DNA of 64,000 nt, from the IMG/VR virus record IMGVR_UViG_3300034161_000018, positions 96,001 to 160,000 of that record. One strand, given 5' to 3'. Numbering within the stretch: the first letter of the stretch is position 1; each line of letters begins with the position of its first letter. Made by a program: the position numbers and the translations under genes. The DNA comes from a virus. Its lineage: Duplodnaviria > Caudoviricetes. Under the pieces are notes generated by a model, which saw only the letters and a list, made by a program, of their open reading frames with translations, made no database searches and was not told the origin of the DNA. This document shows, in pieces, positions 36,988 to 45,589 of the stretch.

Positions 36988-38859
36988 GTGAAAACGATGC
37001 TTTCGCTGGCCGCAATACCGCTCCACCAAGCGAAGCCTTACGTTAAGAACTTCAAACGTGACGGAATCGCGGCGAAGACAATCAAGAAGTTTGCGCCGAA
37101 AGGATCGAAGGGTTATCGCATTTACATTCCGATTGACACTTCGCACCTCGTTGATAAAACGGTGATGGCGCCCGAAGCAATCATTGAAGCGGTTGCGCAA
37201 GCTGGTTATGTGATTGAGGATTACATTACAGGAATCGCCGCGTCACCCGATGGCAAAAAGCGCATTCGTATTGGCAAGCTGATTAAAGCCAATCCGGAAC
37301 TGGCAGACATTTTCAAGAAAGACCCGGCGCGCAACGTTTTCAAAAGCGATGCAGTCTGTGTGATTTCTTGTCACCCGTATGACATTGCGGGAATGAGCAC
37401 CGGGCGCCATTGGACAAGCTGCATGAATTTGAATGACGGCGTTTATTCCGAACACGTTATCCAAGACGTAGTTGGTTCGACGTTGATTGCGTATGCGATT
37501 GCACCGAACGACACCAACATTCAAAATCCAAAAGCGCGTTTCCTGATTAAGCTGGCGTCCGATCCGAAAGACCCGAGCAAAACCATTTACGTGTTGGAAG
37601 CTTCGCATTACGGCGCGTCGGTTCCCGGTTTTGAAGTGACATTGAAAAAGTGGTTGAAGAAAGTAAACACCGGAATGCCACACGGTTTTTACAAATTCGA
37701 TGAAGACCTTTACGACGACGGGATTGGCTCACGCGCTTTGCATATGCCCGCCGTAAGTGAAATTCCGGAAGGCAAGCGCGTAGACGCTTTGAAGGCGATT
37801 GCCGGAATTGAACACCACGCCGAAACCGTATTGCGCCAAGACGTAGAATGGTTCCCGTACCTTTTCCGCATTCTGATTGAAAAGGATTCGTCGGGTTCGC
37901 GTTACCGTCAAATTTGTAATACCGCATTGCGCGGTGGTTATTCGCTGAAACAGCTTGGCGAGCAGATCGACAATACGTGGGTGGTTGATCCTGACACACT
38001 TGAAAAAATCTTTGGCGCCTATGCAAACTCGCACCTGAGTACGCACAACGGTTTAACTGCGAAAGAGATTTTGAATTGCAGCAAACGTCTGCGCGCACTT
38101 TGCGATGCCACCTTTGATTATGACGCGCAGCCGGAACGCTTGATTGGTTACGGCGATATTACCGTCTACTGCCAGTTTGATAATCGCTGGACGCAAAAGA
38201 TTCATTTCAGTCAATTGACGTATCGCGAACGTGGGTATTTCATCACTCGCGTATTGGAACAGGATTTAACGATTCCAATTCCATACGAACCAGTGCAAGC
38301 GGAAGGCCGCGAGGTTTTGCGCTGTTTGGAATTCGTCGTTTCATTCTTCAAAGGTTGGCATTTGCCGTTGCCGCCACGTTACGAAGGTTGCGTGAATAAA
38401 TTGGATGCACTAGGTTTTGGTCGTTCGATTTTGCGCAAAGATAACAACTACACCGAACTGGAAGACAACGGCGCGTTGAAAGCTTTGGAAATCGCAACCG
38501 TGGTGAAAACTCCGCTCAGTGTTTACGCCGCGTTGATCGACGCCGACATTGAATGGACGCGTGACCTTTGTGCGTTCCTGCCAAATATGGAAGCGAAAGT
38601 CGTTTACCAAAATGGTGATCGAATGCTGGCGCTGCAAGCCGATTACAAAAAGTTGCCAAACGATCAAGACCCGATTGCGTACAGCATGGTTCGCGCCGTG
38701 GCAAACTGGACACGCATGCAGAAACGCGCCCATAAAGATTTGGTTGAAAAGATTTTCGCCCAAGCTGAAAAGTTTGCGTCGAAATCCCAATCCACTTACC
38801 TCAAAAGTCAACGGGGCTTCTTCGCCGAAGCACTCCCAAAAGATCGTGCAGACGATTAA
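36988..38859 (+). CDS. Large hypothetical protein, paralog A (start GTG 36988, MKTMLSLAA)
   Basis: SD GGAG 7 nt before the GTG. The N-terminal ~290 aa are clearly homologous to 39185-41035. Confidence 0.85.
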   Translation: MKTMLSLAAIPLHQAKPYVKNFKRDGIAAKTIKKFAPKGSKGYRIYIPIDTSHLVDKTVMAPEAIIEAVAQAGYVIEDYITGIAASPDGKKRIRIGKLIKANPELADIFKKDPARNVFKSDAVCVISCHPYDIAGMSTGRHWTSCMNLNDGVYSEHVIQDVVGSTLIAYAIAPNDTNIQNPKARFLIKLASDPKDPSKTIYVLEASHYGASVPGFEVTLKKWLKKVNTGMPHGFYKFDEDLYDDGIGSRALHMPAVSEIPEGKRVDALKAIAGIEHHAETVLRQDVEWFPYLFRILIEKDSSGSRYRQICNTALRGGYSLKQLGEQIDNTWVVDPDTLEKIFGAYANSHLSTHNGLTAKEILNCSKRLRALCDATFDYDAQPERLIGYGDITVYCQFDNRWTQKIHFSQLTYRERGYFITRVLEQDLTIPIPYEPVQAEGREVLRCLEFVVSFFKGWHLPLPPRYEGCVNKLDALGFGRSILRKDNNYTELEDNGALKALEIATVVKTPLSVYAALIDADIEWTRDLCAFLPNMEAKVVYQNGDRMLALQADYKKLPNDQDPIAYSMVRAVANWTRMQKRAHKDLVEKIFAQAEKFASKSQSTYLKSQRGFFAEALPKDRADD

Positions 38860-38868
38860 GGAATCGAA

Positions 38869-39171
38869 ATGAAAGTAATGCTCTCGCTCGCTGCAACTGA
38901 CAAAACCAACGTCGCAACCGCTGCCGCAAATATGGTGCCGCGTGGTTTCAAAATGATCGGTTACGAAATCAAAGACGTGAAGTCTGGTCACACGCTTTTG
39001 TCTCGCGGCAAAGGCGACAAGCAAGATGCTATTCGCACTTCGATTGCCAAGTACGCGGAACAGATGCACCAAATTGATTTCGTTCTGTATCTGGAAGACA
39101 AGCAAGGCAACGAACAGGAACAGCACAAGCGTTTTGAATGGGATTCCAACGAAGCGGTTGAAATCCAATAA
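38869..39171 (+). CDS. Small protein, 100 aa (MKVMLSLAA)
   Basis: SD AAGGA; high-expression codon usage. Confidence 0.8.
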   Translation: MKVMLSLAATDKTNVATAAANMVPRGFKMIGYEIKDVKSGHTLLSRGKGDKQDAIRTSIAKYAEQMHQIDFVLYLEDKQGNEQEQHKRFEWDSNEAVEIQ

Positions 39172-39184
39172 AGGAATTCTCACA

Positions 39185-41035
39185 ATGGAAGTATTGCTTG
39201 GATTAGCGGCGGTGCCGTTGTCGAAAGCGCGTCCGTATCTGCGCAGTTGGGATCGTCACGGCGTTGGCGTAGAAGTGGTGCAACGCTTTTTGGCAAAACA
39301 GAAAGGCTCCAACAAACGCGGTTATCGTCTGTACATCCCGATTGATAGTGATGCACCGGCACGCATTCGGATTCCGACACCGATTGAAGCCGCTGTGCTG
39401 GCCGCTGGTTACGTGGTCGAGGATTACGTTCTCGGCATTGCGTCGAAAGATGGCGGCACGCGCAAAATCAAAATCGGCAAATTGATTTCAAAGAACGCGC
39501 ACCTGAAAGAACTTTTCGATAACGACAAACAACGGGCGTCGAGAAAAGACGAATACGTTTGCGTTATCAGCGCGCATCCTTACGACATTATCGGCATGAG
39601 CACCGGTCGGCGTTGGGATCAAACGTCTTGCATGCGGATCGGGTTGGATTCCGAAAAGGATAACGACGGCGCTTTCGTCAATACGTTGAAACACGATATT
39701 ACCGAAGGGACGATGGTTGCCTACGCGGTTTCTCCGGGTGATGCAAATATCGAAAAGCCGCACGCACGTTTGTTGATTCGCCCATTCAAGAATCTGAATG
39801 GTGAAGGCATCGTTTTCAAAGTGGCGATTAGCGCATACGGAAATGAAGTGCCCGGTTTCAAACAGACGGTTGAGAAGTGGTTGAAGAAAGTGAACGCCGG
39901 GGCGAAGCAAGGTTTCTACCGCATGCCGACCGAGCTTTACGACGACGGGCAAGATCGCAACCATTTACAAAATGCCAAACCATCGCAGTTCCGTCGCCAA
40001 GAAGACATGGATAAGTTTTTGGCAAATGCGGTTGCTGGCGTCGAGGACGTGGACAAAGCGCTGTTGTCCGTTTCCAAAGATTGGTTGGAGCCGTTGCTTA
40101 ACCACTACAACAAAATCGAAAGTGCTGAAAAGTATTACGCCTGTTTGGAAACTGCGAAGGCAGCCGGGTTCCAATCCAAGTTCATCGCCAAGATGTTGGA
40201 TTACACAATTGGCGGCACGATCATTCAAACGGTTGTGTCGCGGATTCTGTTTTCGCACCATTCCAGTTTTTACGTGAAGCATTCGTACAGGCTGAAAACT
40301 TGGCTGGCGGAAAACGTGGAATTCAGTGAAGGGAAACCAACACCGCCGTCGAGCATTCTCAGTATTGCAGTTCTGAGTGATGCACGTTGGGCCTCTGTTG
40401 TAGAACCGACGCCGAAGTTTGTGGAAAACGTTTTTCAGATGATTCTCAATGGTCGCGGTATGCCCGTGCCAAAAGAATTGCCGAAAATGAAAACCGGTTT
40501 GGCCGGGCCACTCAATACGCTGATCGGGATTGTGGTACAGGTTGCCAACATCATTGGCGAGCCGGGTAGTATCGCACTGCGTAACACGATCAACAGTTTG
40601 TCGTTGTTGAAATACAAAGACGACCTTTCGTTTACCGAAGAAAAGCGCAATCTGCTTTTCGATTGTCGCGGTTACGTTTGGTTGATTGCACACTACTCGA
40701 AAAGCAGTGTGCTCGGCGTACTCGGTGCGGCAGATGCGCGGTGGATCGAAAACATTCCGTTGCGCTTTGCGGAGTTTGACGACATTTCGATCTTCAAGAT
40801 TTGGGATAAGGTCATGGAAAGTGATTCAGCAGACCTGAAAAGGATTCTACGCGACTGGACGCTTTCGATGTTTAGCTGGCGTTCATACGTGACCAAACCA
40901 CTTCTGCCGAAAAACATTGGTGTCCCACGTTTCGAGAATCTGTTGGAATGGATGCAGACAGACCCCGAATCGAAGTTTGACGTTCCGGCCTACATGCGCG
41001 AGTTCGCCAACTTCAAGAAGTTTATGGAAGGCTGA
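39185..41035 (+). CDS. Large hypothetical protein, paralog B (start ATG 39185, MEVLLGLAA)
   Basis: SD AAGGA. Shares GYR.YIPID, AGYV.EDY, HPYDI.GMSTGR.W..SCM, YG..VPGF, KWLKKVN and LYDDG with paralog A. Confidence 0.85.
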   Translation: MEVLLGLAAVPLSKARPYLRSWDRHGVGVEVVQRFLAKQKGSNKRGYRLYIPIDSDAPARIRIPTPIEAAVLAAGYVVEDYVLGIASKDGGTRKIKIGKLISKNAHLKELFDNDKQRASRKDEYVCVISAHPYDIIGMSTGRRWDQTSCMRIGLDSEKDNDGAFVNTLKHDITEGTMVAYAVSPGDANIEKPHARLLIRPFKNLNGEGIVFKVAISAYGNEVPGFKQTVEKWLKKVNAGAKQGFYRMPTELYDDGQDRNHLQNAKPSQFRRQEDMDKFLANAVAGVEDVDKALLSVSKDWLEPLLNHYNKIESAEKYYACLETAKAAGFQSKFIAKMLDYTIGGTIIQTVVSRILFSHHSSFYVKHSYRLKTWLAENVEFSEGKPTPPSSILSIAVLSDARWASVVEPTPKFVENVFQMILNGRGMPVPKELPKMKTGLAGPLNTLIGIVVQVANIIGEPGSIALRNTINSLSLLKYKDDLSFTEEKRNLLFDCRGYVWLIAHYSKSSVLGVLGAADARWIENIPLRFAEFDDISIFKIWDKVMESDSADLKRILRDWTLSMFSWRSYVTKPLLPKNIGVPRFENLLEWMQTDPESKFDVPAYMREFANFKKFMEG

Positions 41036-41039
41036 AACG

Positions 41040-41086
41040 AAAAAACCCCACTCTCCGGTCAAATGGAAAGTGGGGTTTTTCTTTTT
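41040..41086. terminator. Bidirectional terminator between convergent genes
   Basis: AAAAACCCCACT...AGTGGGGTTTTT. Confidence 0.88.
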
Positions 41087-41096
41087 CTGCGCCGGA

Positions 41097-41318
41097 TTAA
41101 ACCAGTGCGCGAACCAGACAGTCTTTCGCTTCCAGCAACTTGCGCAGACCGGCAGATTTCTCAGGGCCGTCCGGCAATTCGCGATCCATCTTGTTTGCGA
41201 GTTCGCCGATTGGGGCGCTGACCGCTTGCAGTTTTTCCGGTAGATGTGCGTAAGCGAAGTAACGCATGATAGGATTGATCGGCTTGACTACAGGTTCGTC
41301 AACTTGGGATTGGTGCAT
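41097..41318 (-). CDS. Small conserved helical-hairpin phage protein (FAYAHLP...RKLLEAKDC type)
   Basis: SD GAGGA before ATG 41318; MHQSQ...RYFAYAHLPEKLQAVSAP...PDGPEKSAGLRKLLEAKDCLVRAL. Confidence 0.8.
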   Translation of the reverse strand: MHQSQVDEPVVKPINPIMRYFAYAHLPEKLQAVSAPIGELANKMDRELPDGPEKSAGLRKLLEAKDCLVRALV

Positions 41319-41607
41319 TTTGCATTCCTCGTAAAACATGGGTGAGCGGGCTGTCTTCCATTTCCATCAGGTGAGCGCGTGCCCTTTCTACACGCTCGCT
41401 GAATTTGTGCATTTTGTTTTTATGACGAATGCCTTTAGCGATCAGCTTTTCGATGCGCTCATTTTCATTCATCATTGCGTGCTTGGCCTTGAATAAATCC
41501 TGCCGCGCTGTTTGCAATGCAACGCGGTGTTCTTCAAGGCGTGCCGCTTGGTCTTCTTCACTTTCGTGCAGGAATTCGTAATCACGTTGGTTGAATCTTG
41601 GGTTCAC
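41299..41607 (-). CDS. Coiled-coil hypothetical protein (GTG start 41607)
   Basis: SD AAGGAG and GTGA overlap. Confidence 0.7.
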   Translation of the reverse strand: MNPRFNQRDYEFLHESEEDQAARLEEHRVALQTARQDLFKAKHAMMNENERIEKLIAKGIRHKNKMHKFSERVERARAHLMEMEDSPLTHVLRGMQNAPIPS

Positions 41608-41960
41608 GTAATCTCTCCTTTCAACCAACCTTCATACTCGATTTCCAAATCACGGTGGAAATTCACCGAAATGATCGAGTACACATTTTTCAAAACGCCG
41701 AGCGGCCCGAGGTCAATGTCACGCGGGTTTGCGTAAAGTCCGCCGGCACGTTCGGCCTTCACTGACTCCACAACCTTGTTGGCCGCGTGTTCCAAAAGTT
41801 TGCGTTTGAATTCCCCTTCACGCATCTGGCGATCAGGTTCCGGGTCGTACATGCGACCAGACATGAAACCGTGGGGACTCAAGCCCGGATCAAACACGTC
41901 AACGTTTGACGGCCCTTCAAACACAACCTTTTGTCGAAACCGAAAATCGTAATGTCCCAT
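41604..41960 (-). CDS. Hypothetical protein, 118 aa
   Basis: SD GAGG. Confidence 0.7.
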   Translation of the reverse strand: MGHYDFRFRQKVVFEGPSNVDVFDPGLSPHGFMSGRMYDPEPDRQMREGEFKRKLLEHAANKVVESVKAERAGGLYANPRDIDLGPLGVLKNVYSIISVNFHRDLEIEYEGWLKGEIT

Positions 41961-41963
41961 TTG

Positions 41964-42176
41964 CTACCTCGTTGTCCAACCGTAGGTCACGTACCAAATC
42001 ACGTAACACAAAATCGTAATCACGTAGTACATGACCAAAACAATTGTGATTGCCCAAGCGAAACTTGGAATCACCGTAGCGAGCCAAACATCAGGCCAGT
42101 GTCGGAACAGATACGCGAACACAATAAACGGAATCGACACAAGCGCATGGCAGTAAAACGGAGGACTGTAGAGCAT
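41964..42176 (-). CDS. Small membrane protein, 70 aa
   Basis: Two long hydrophobic segments. Confidence 0.6.
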   Translation of the reverse strand: MLYSPPFYCHALVSIPFIVFAYLFRHWPDVWLATVIPSFAWAITIVLVMYYVITILCYVIWYVTYGWTTR

Positions 42177-42182
42177 GGCGCG

Positions 42183-42914
42183 TCACCGTTTCTTCGGATT
42201 GAGAATCGCCCGGATGTAACGAATCTCGAAAGACGAAACCATCAATTCTTTCGCAACGTCGTCCGGGTCGCCATCTTGTCGCAATGCCAGTCGGTAAAGT
42301 TCGGTGACTTCCGAACCAACGATTCCGAAAAGGCGCGTGCGTTGTTTTTCCGAAAGCGGTGACGTGTTGTTGAGTGCGTCGAGTCGCTTGTGCAATTTCG
42401 CTAGCGGCTCTTTCGTCACCATCCACTGGAACACCGCTTCCTTGATTGGCTTTTGGTGCGTGCTGTTGGGCAGCAAATAAATGTAGGTCATGAACTGGTT
42501 GAGGAAAGTCTTTTGCGCTTTCACTTCGTCCAGTGCCTGTTCCAACAAATCGGCTTGGTGTTCCATTTCTTGCAGATCAACGTCTTGCGGTTTCGGAAGT
42601 TCCGCAAGTTTGAACAGAGTCAACCCATCGAGATAAAGGGTTTCTGATCGTCCGTAATCTGCTCCAATGAGTCCCACTTTAAACAGACGCAGTGGATCGT
42701 CAAAAACATAAAATGTAGCATTGTCATAGCTTGGCCCCACGACTTGACGCTTGAGGTCGTTGTACGAAAGGAAAATCAGGTGTTCGTATCGGTTTCGTTT
42801 AGCCAGAGTTCCCCGGCGCTCGCAGATATGAATCGACGAGCGTGGGAATCCAGCGTTCTTTAGCAACTGCATAACTTCATCAGGTGCATGATTTCCGAAC
42901 GCGAGAACCTGCAT
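42183..42914 (-). CDS. Hypothetical protein, 243 aa
   Basis: Operon-coupled ORF downstream of sbcC. Confidence 0.75.
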   Translation of the reverse strand: MQVLAFGNHAPDEVMQLLKNAGFPRSSIHICERRGTLAKRNRYEHLIFLSYNDLKRQVVGPSYDNATFYVFDDPLRLFKVGLIGADYGRSETLYLDGLTLFKLAELPKPQDVDLQEMEHQADLLEQALDEVKAQKTFLNQFMTYIYLLPNSTHQKPIKEAVFQWMVTKEPLAKLHKRLDALNNTSPLSEKQRTRLFGIVGSEVTELYRLALRQDGDPDDVAKELMVSSFEIRYIRAILNPKKR

Positions 42915-43274
42915 TTAGTTTTTCCCGATAAGGTCGCGCAGATTCTCGAAGCCGGTTACTTTCTTCGGCTTCTCGATAAGCTGGCCGTCTTGAATGTGCG
43001 CGTTGTTGGTATTGAGTTTGCTCAGGTGATGTTGCGAAACACGTTTCACCTTCGGTTCTTCCGTCGAGAAATATGCGGCGGTATCCATGTGAACGAAATG
43101 CGGCGTCATGCCACGCGCTTTCTTTTTCTTTGGTCGGCGCGATTCGGGACAAGCCAGAACGCCTTCGATTTGTGGGGCACGGTCGCAATCCGCTTCCGGC
43201 GCCTGATCTTGTGCTTTGCATTCTTCAACAAATGCGCTGGAGAAACGACGTTCTTTGAAAGTTACTTTGGTCAT
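42915..43274 (-). CDS. Hypothetical protein (start MTKVTF at 43274)
   Basis: ATGA overlap with the sbcC stop. Confidence 0.65.
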   Translation of the reverse strand: MTKVTFKERRFSSAFVEECKAQDQAPEADCDRAPQIEGVLACPESRRPKKKKARGMTPHFVHMDTAAYFSTEEPKVKRVSQHHLSKLNTNNAHIQDGQLIEKPKKVTGFENLRDLIGKN

Positions 43275-45589
43275 GCGGCTTGCCCCTTCACGATCCGCGA
43301 TACGCCACCTTTTTTCACAATGGTGATGTAATCGCAATTCGAGTATGCGTGTTGTGATTTTGGCGTGATTAGGAAAACGTGTGGCACAAGTGTCCGAAGG
43401 AAAGGCAGATACCTTTCAATGAACAGGCCACGCGTCACGTCGTCCATGTGTGCATCCGGTTCGTCGAGCACAACAAAATTGGTGCGGCGATCATCTTTCA
43501 CCATCACCAGCGACGAAAGCATATAGAGCAAACGGAATGCGTCGGATTCCGCGCCGCTCAATTGGCGAATGTCGCTTATCTTGTTGTGGCCGCGATCCAC
43601 TTTTACGTGGACGCCATCATTTTTCGTTTCAACCGTAAACTTGAACGGCTCCGCGAAAATGAGTGTGGCAAAGCGATTGAGATTTCGCTCCAGTTGGTAA
43701 AGCACTTCCTGCGCGGCCTGTAGTTTCAGACCTTTGTTTCCGTAGGCATTAATCAGCGCTTTAAACATATCGCGCTTTTCAATGAACGGGCGCATGCCTT
43801 CCAACTTCACGTTGAGTTTTTTCGCTTGCTTGGTCAGCAGCTTGTACTCGGAACGCTTATTGCCCAAATCGGCAGTGATGCTAAACGCGTCACTGTATTC
43901 CGTTTCGACAGCACTGAGTTTCTTCTCAATCTTTTTCAACTTCGAGTCGATACCGTCGGCAGTTGGCGGTTCGTCGAATTCTTCTAAACGCTCTTGCAGG
44001 CGTTTGCATTCAGCGTGATACTCAAATTGCTTTTCCAGCTTTTCTTCGGTCAGGAACCGTGTACCCTTCGGCTCTTTCGGTTTCTTGATCGACTTGAGTT
44101 CTTCCGTCCATTCATCCCAACGCCGAGCATTCGCTTTGCGTTCTTCCAGTTCTTCAATCTTTCCTTTCGCGTGGTCGGTCTTGTCTTTCAACGCTTTGTA
44201 AACTGTCTCGCTGAAATCCAACTTCGCCAAAGCGTCTTTGATGCGTTTGCGTTCCACGTCGGCTTTGTGTTCGCGTACCAGTTCTTTCAGTTCGGCTTTA
44301 CGCTTCTTGGCACGCTGGATATTCTTTTTCAGTTTCGCAACGTCGATACCTTGCAGGCAGGTCGGGCATTTGCCGTCATCCGCGTGGTCATGCACAAGGT
44401 CTTCAAGGCTCAATGTGGAATTGAGAATCCCCATTTCTTCTTCAAAGATTTCCGCAACATCTTTGCCGGTCTTCTGTGCCAGCTTACGGAATTCTTTCAG
44501 GCCGACATTCTTACTTGGCTTCGGCAGTTCCTCGAAAGCTTCCATGAGTTCGGCATGCTTTCGGCGGCCCGCTTTCATTTCCTGCAAACGTTCTTGGTTC
44601 TTCTCGACCGCGTGTTTCGTTTTGCGCAGTTTCTCTTTGTCGTCGGCGTCAAATGAACATTCGCCGATTTCTTCCAGCTTGGCAGTCCAGCGTTTCACTT
44701 GCTTCTGGTACGTGACCAACTGTTCTTCGTATTTCTCGAAAGCACGCAGCAATTCGCGTTGCTCTTTCAGTTCCGACTTATCCCACCGCACTTTGTTTTT
44801 GGCTTTCTGGTACGCCTGTAACGTGGTGTTGTAGAAGTCGATTTGTTCTTTCGCAGCACGCAGCTTTGAAGCGTCGGCCTGTAAGCCTTTCACTTTCGAG
44901 GAAAGGCTGTTAACGATTTCGGTTGCAGCGTCGAGCTTTTCTTGTTTCTTCGCCGACCATTTCAACTTGTCGAGTGACTTGTTGATTTGAATCAGTTCGT
45001 TGGTCAGTACGTCGAATTCCGTCTTTGCGGTTTTAATGTCGCTCAGGCGTTTGTCGAAATACTTGCGCATTACGTCGAAGTGGTCGAGACGCCAAACCTT
45101 CGTGATGTACGCGAGTCGGCTGCGCGGTGTACCGATTTGGAAATCCAGTGGCCGCTGCGATTGCAGGTACACATAGGAATAGAATTCGTCTTCGGTCAGT
45201 GGGAAAATGCCTTGAATCATTTCCCGTTGCGCGGCCAGTCCCCGAACCTGTTGGTCAACACCATCTTTTTCGATGATGTATTTCGACGGCGTTTGAATTA
45301 CTTTCCATTCGTGACCGGCTGCGCGCACAGAGAACGTGGCTTCCGAACCAGTTCCCATAATGTCTTTGCGCACACGCTTTTGGGAAGCCAGCGGCGTGCT
45401 TTCGTACAGAATGTTTGGCAGAATGCTAAACGAAAGCGATTTACCGGCGCCGTTGTTTTGCTTTTTGCTAATACGCGAATCAAGGTTTTTGCCAGACACG
45501 ACAACCAAACCACAGTTGTCGGTATAGTCGATGGCACCTTCCTTGAAATACACCACGTTTTTAAGCGTGGCGCCGAGTGCTTCAATCAT
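43271..45589 (-). CDS. sbcC: SbcC/Rad50-like (gp46-like) ABC ATPase
   Basis: Walker A NGAGKS, Q-loop YLQSQ, coiled coils with a CPTC zinc hook, signature LSGAE, Walker B VVLDEPD, H-loop ITP. Confidence 0.92.
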   Translation of the reverse strand: MIEALGATLKNVVYFKEGAIDYTDNCGLVVVSGKNLDSRISKKQNNGAGKSLSFSILPNILYESTPLASQKRVRKDIMGTGSEATFSVRAAGHEWKVIQTPSKYIIEKDGVDQQVRGLAAQREMIQGIFPLTEDEFYSYVYLQSQRPLDFQIGTPRSRLAYITKVWRLDHFDVMRKYFDKRLSDIKTAKTEFDVLTNELIQINKSLDKLKWSAKKQEKLDAATEIVNSLSSKVKGLQADASKLRAAKEQIDFYNTTLQAYQKAKNKVRWDKSELKEQRELLRAFEKYEEQLVTYQKQVKRWTAKLEEIGECSFDADDKEKLRKTKHAVEKNQERLQEMKAGRRKHAELMEAFEELPKPSKNVGLKEFRKLAQKTGKDVAEIFEEEMGILNSTLSLEDLVHDHADDGKCPTCLQGIDVAKLKKNIQRAKKRKAELKELVREHKADVERKRIKDALAKLDFSETVYKALKDKTDHAKGKIEELEERKANARRWDEWTEELKSIKKPKEPKGTRFLTEEKLEKQFEYHAECKRLQERLEEFDEPPTADGIDSKLKKIEKKLSAVETEYSDAFSITADLGNKRSEYKLLTKQAKKLNVKLEGMRPFIEKRDMFKALINAYGNKGLKLQAAQEVLYQLERNLNRFATLIFAEPFKFTVETKNDGVHVKVDRGHNKISDIRQLSGAESDAFRLLYMLSSLVMVKDDRRTNFVVLDEPDAHMDDVTRGLFIERYLPFLRTLVPHVFLITPKSQHAYSNCDYITIVKKGGVSRIVKGQAA

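Noticed and set aside
42183-42914. Clamp-loader delta subunit candidate
   Set aside because: Size and location fit loosely, but no recognisable HolA/AAA+ pattern is present.
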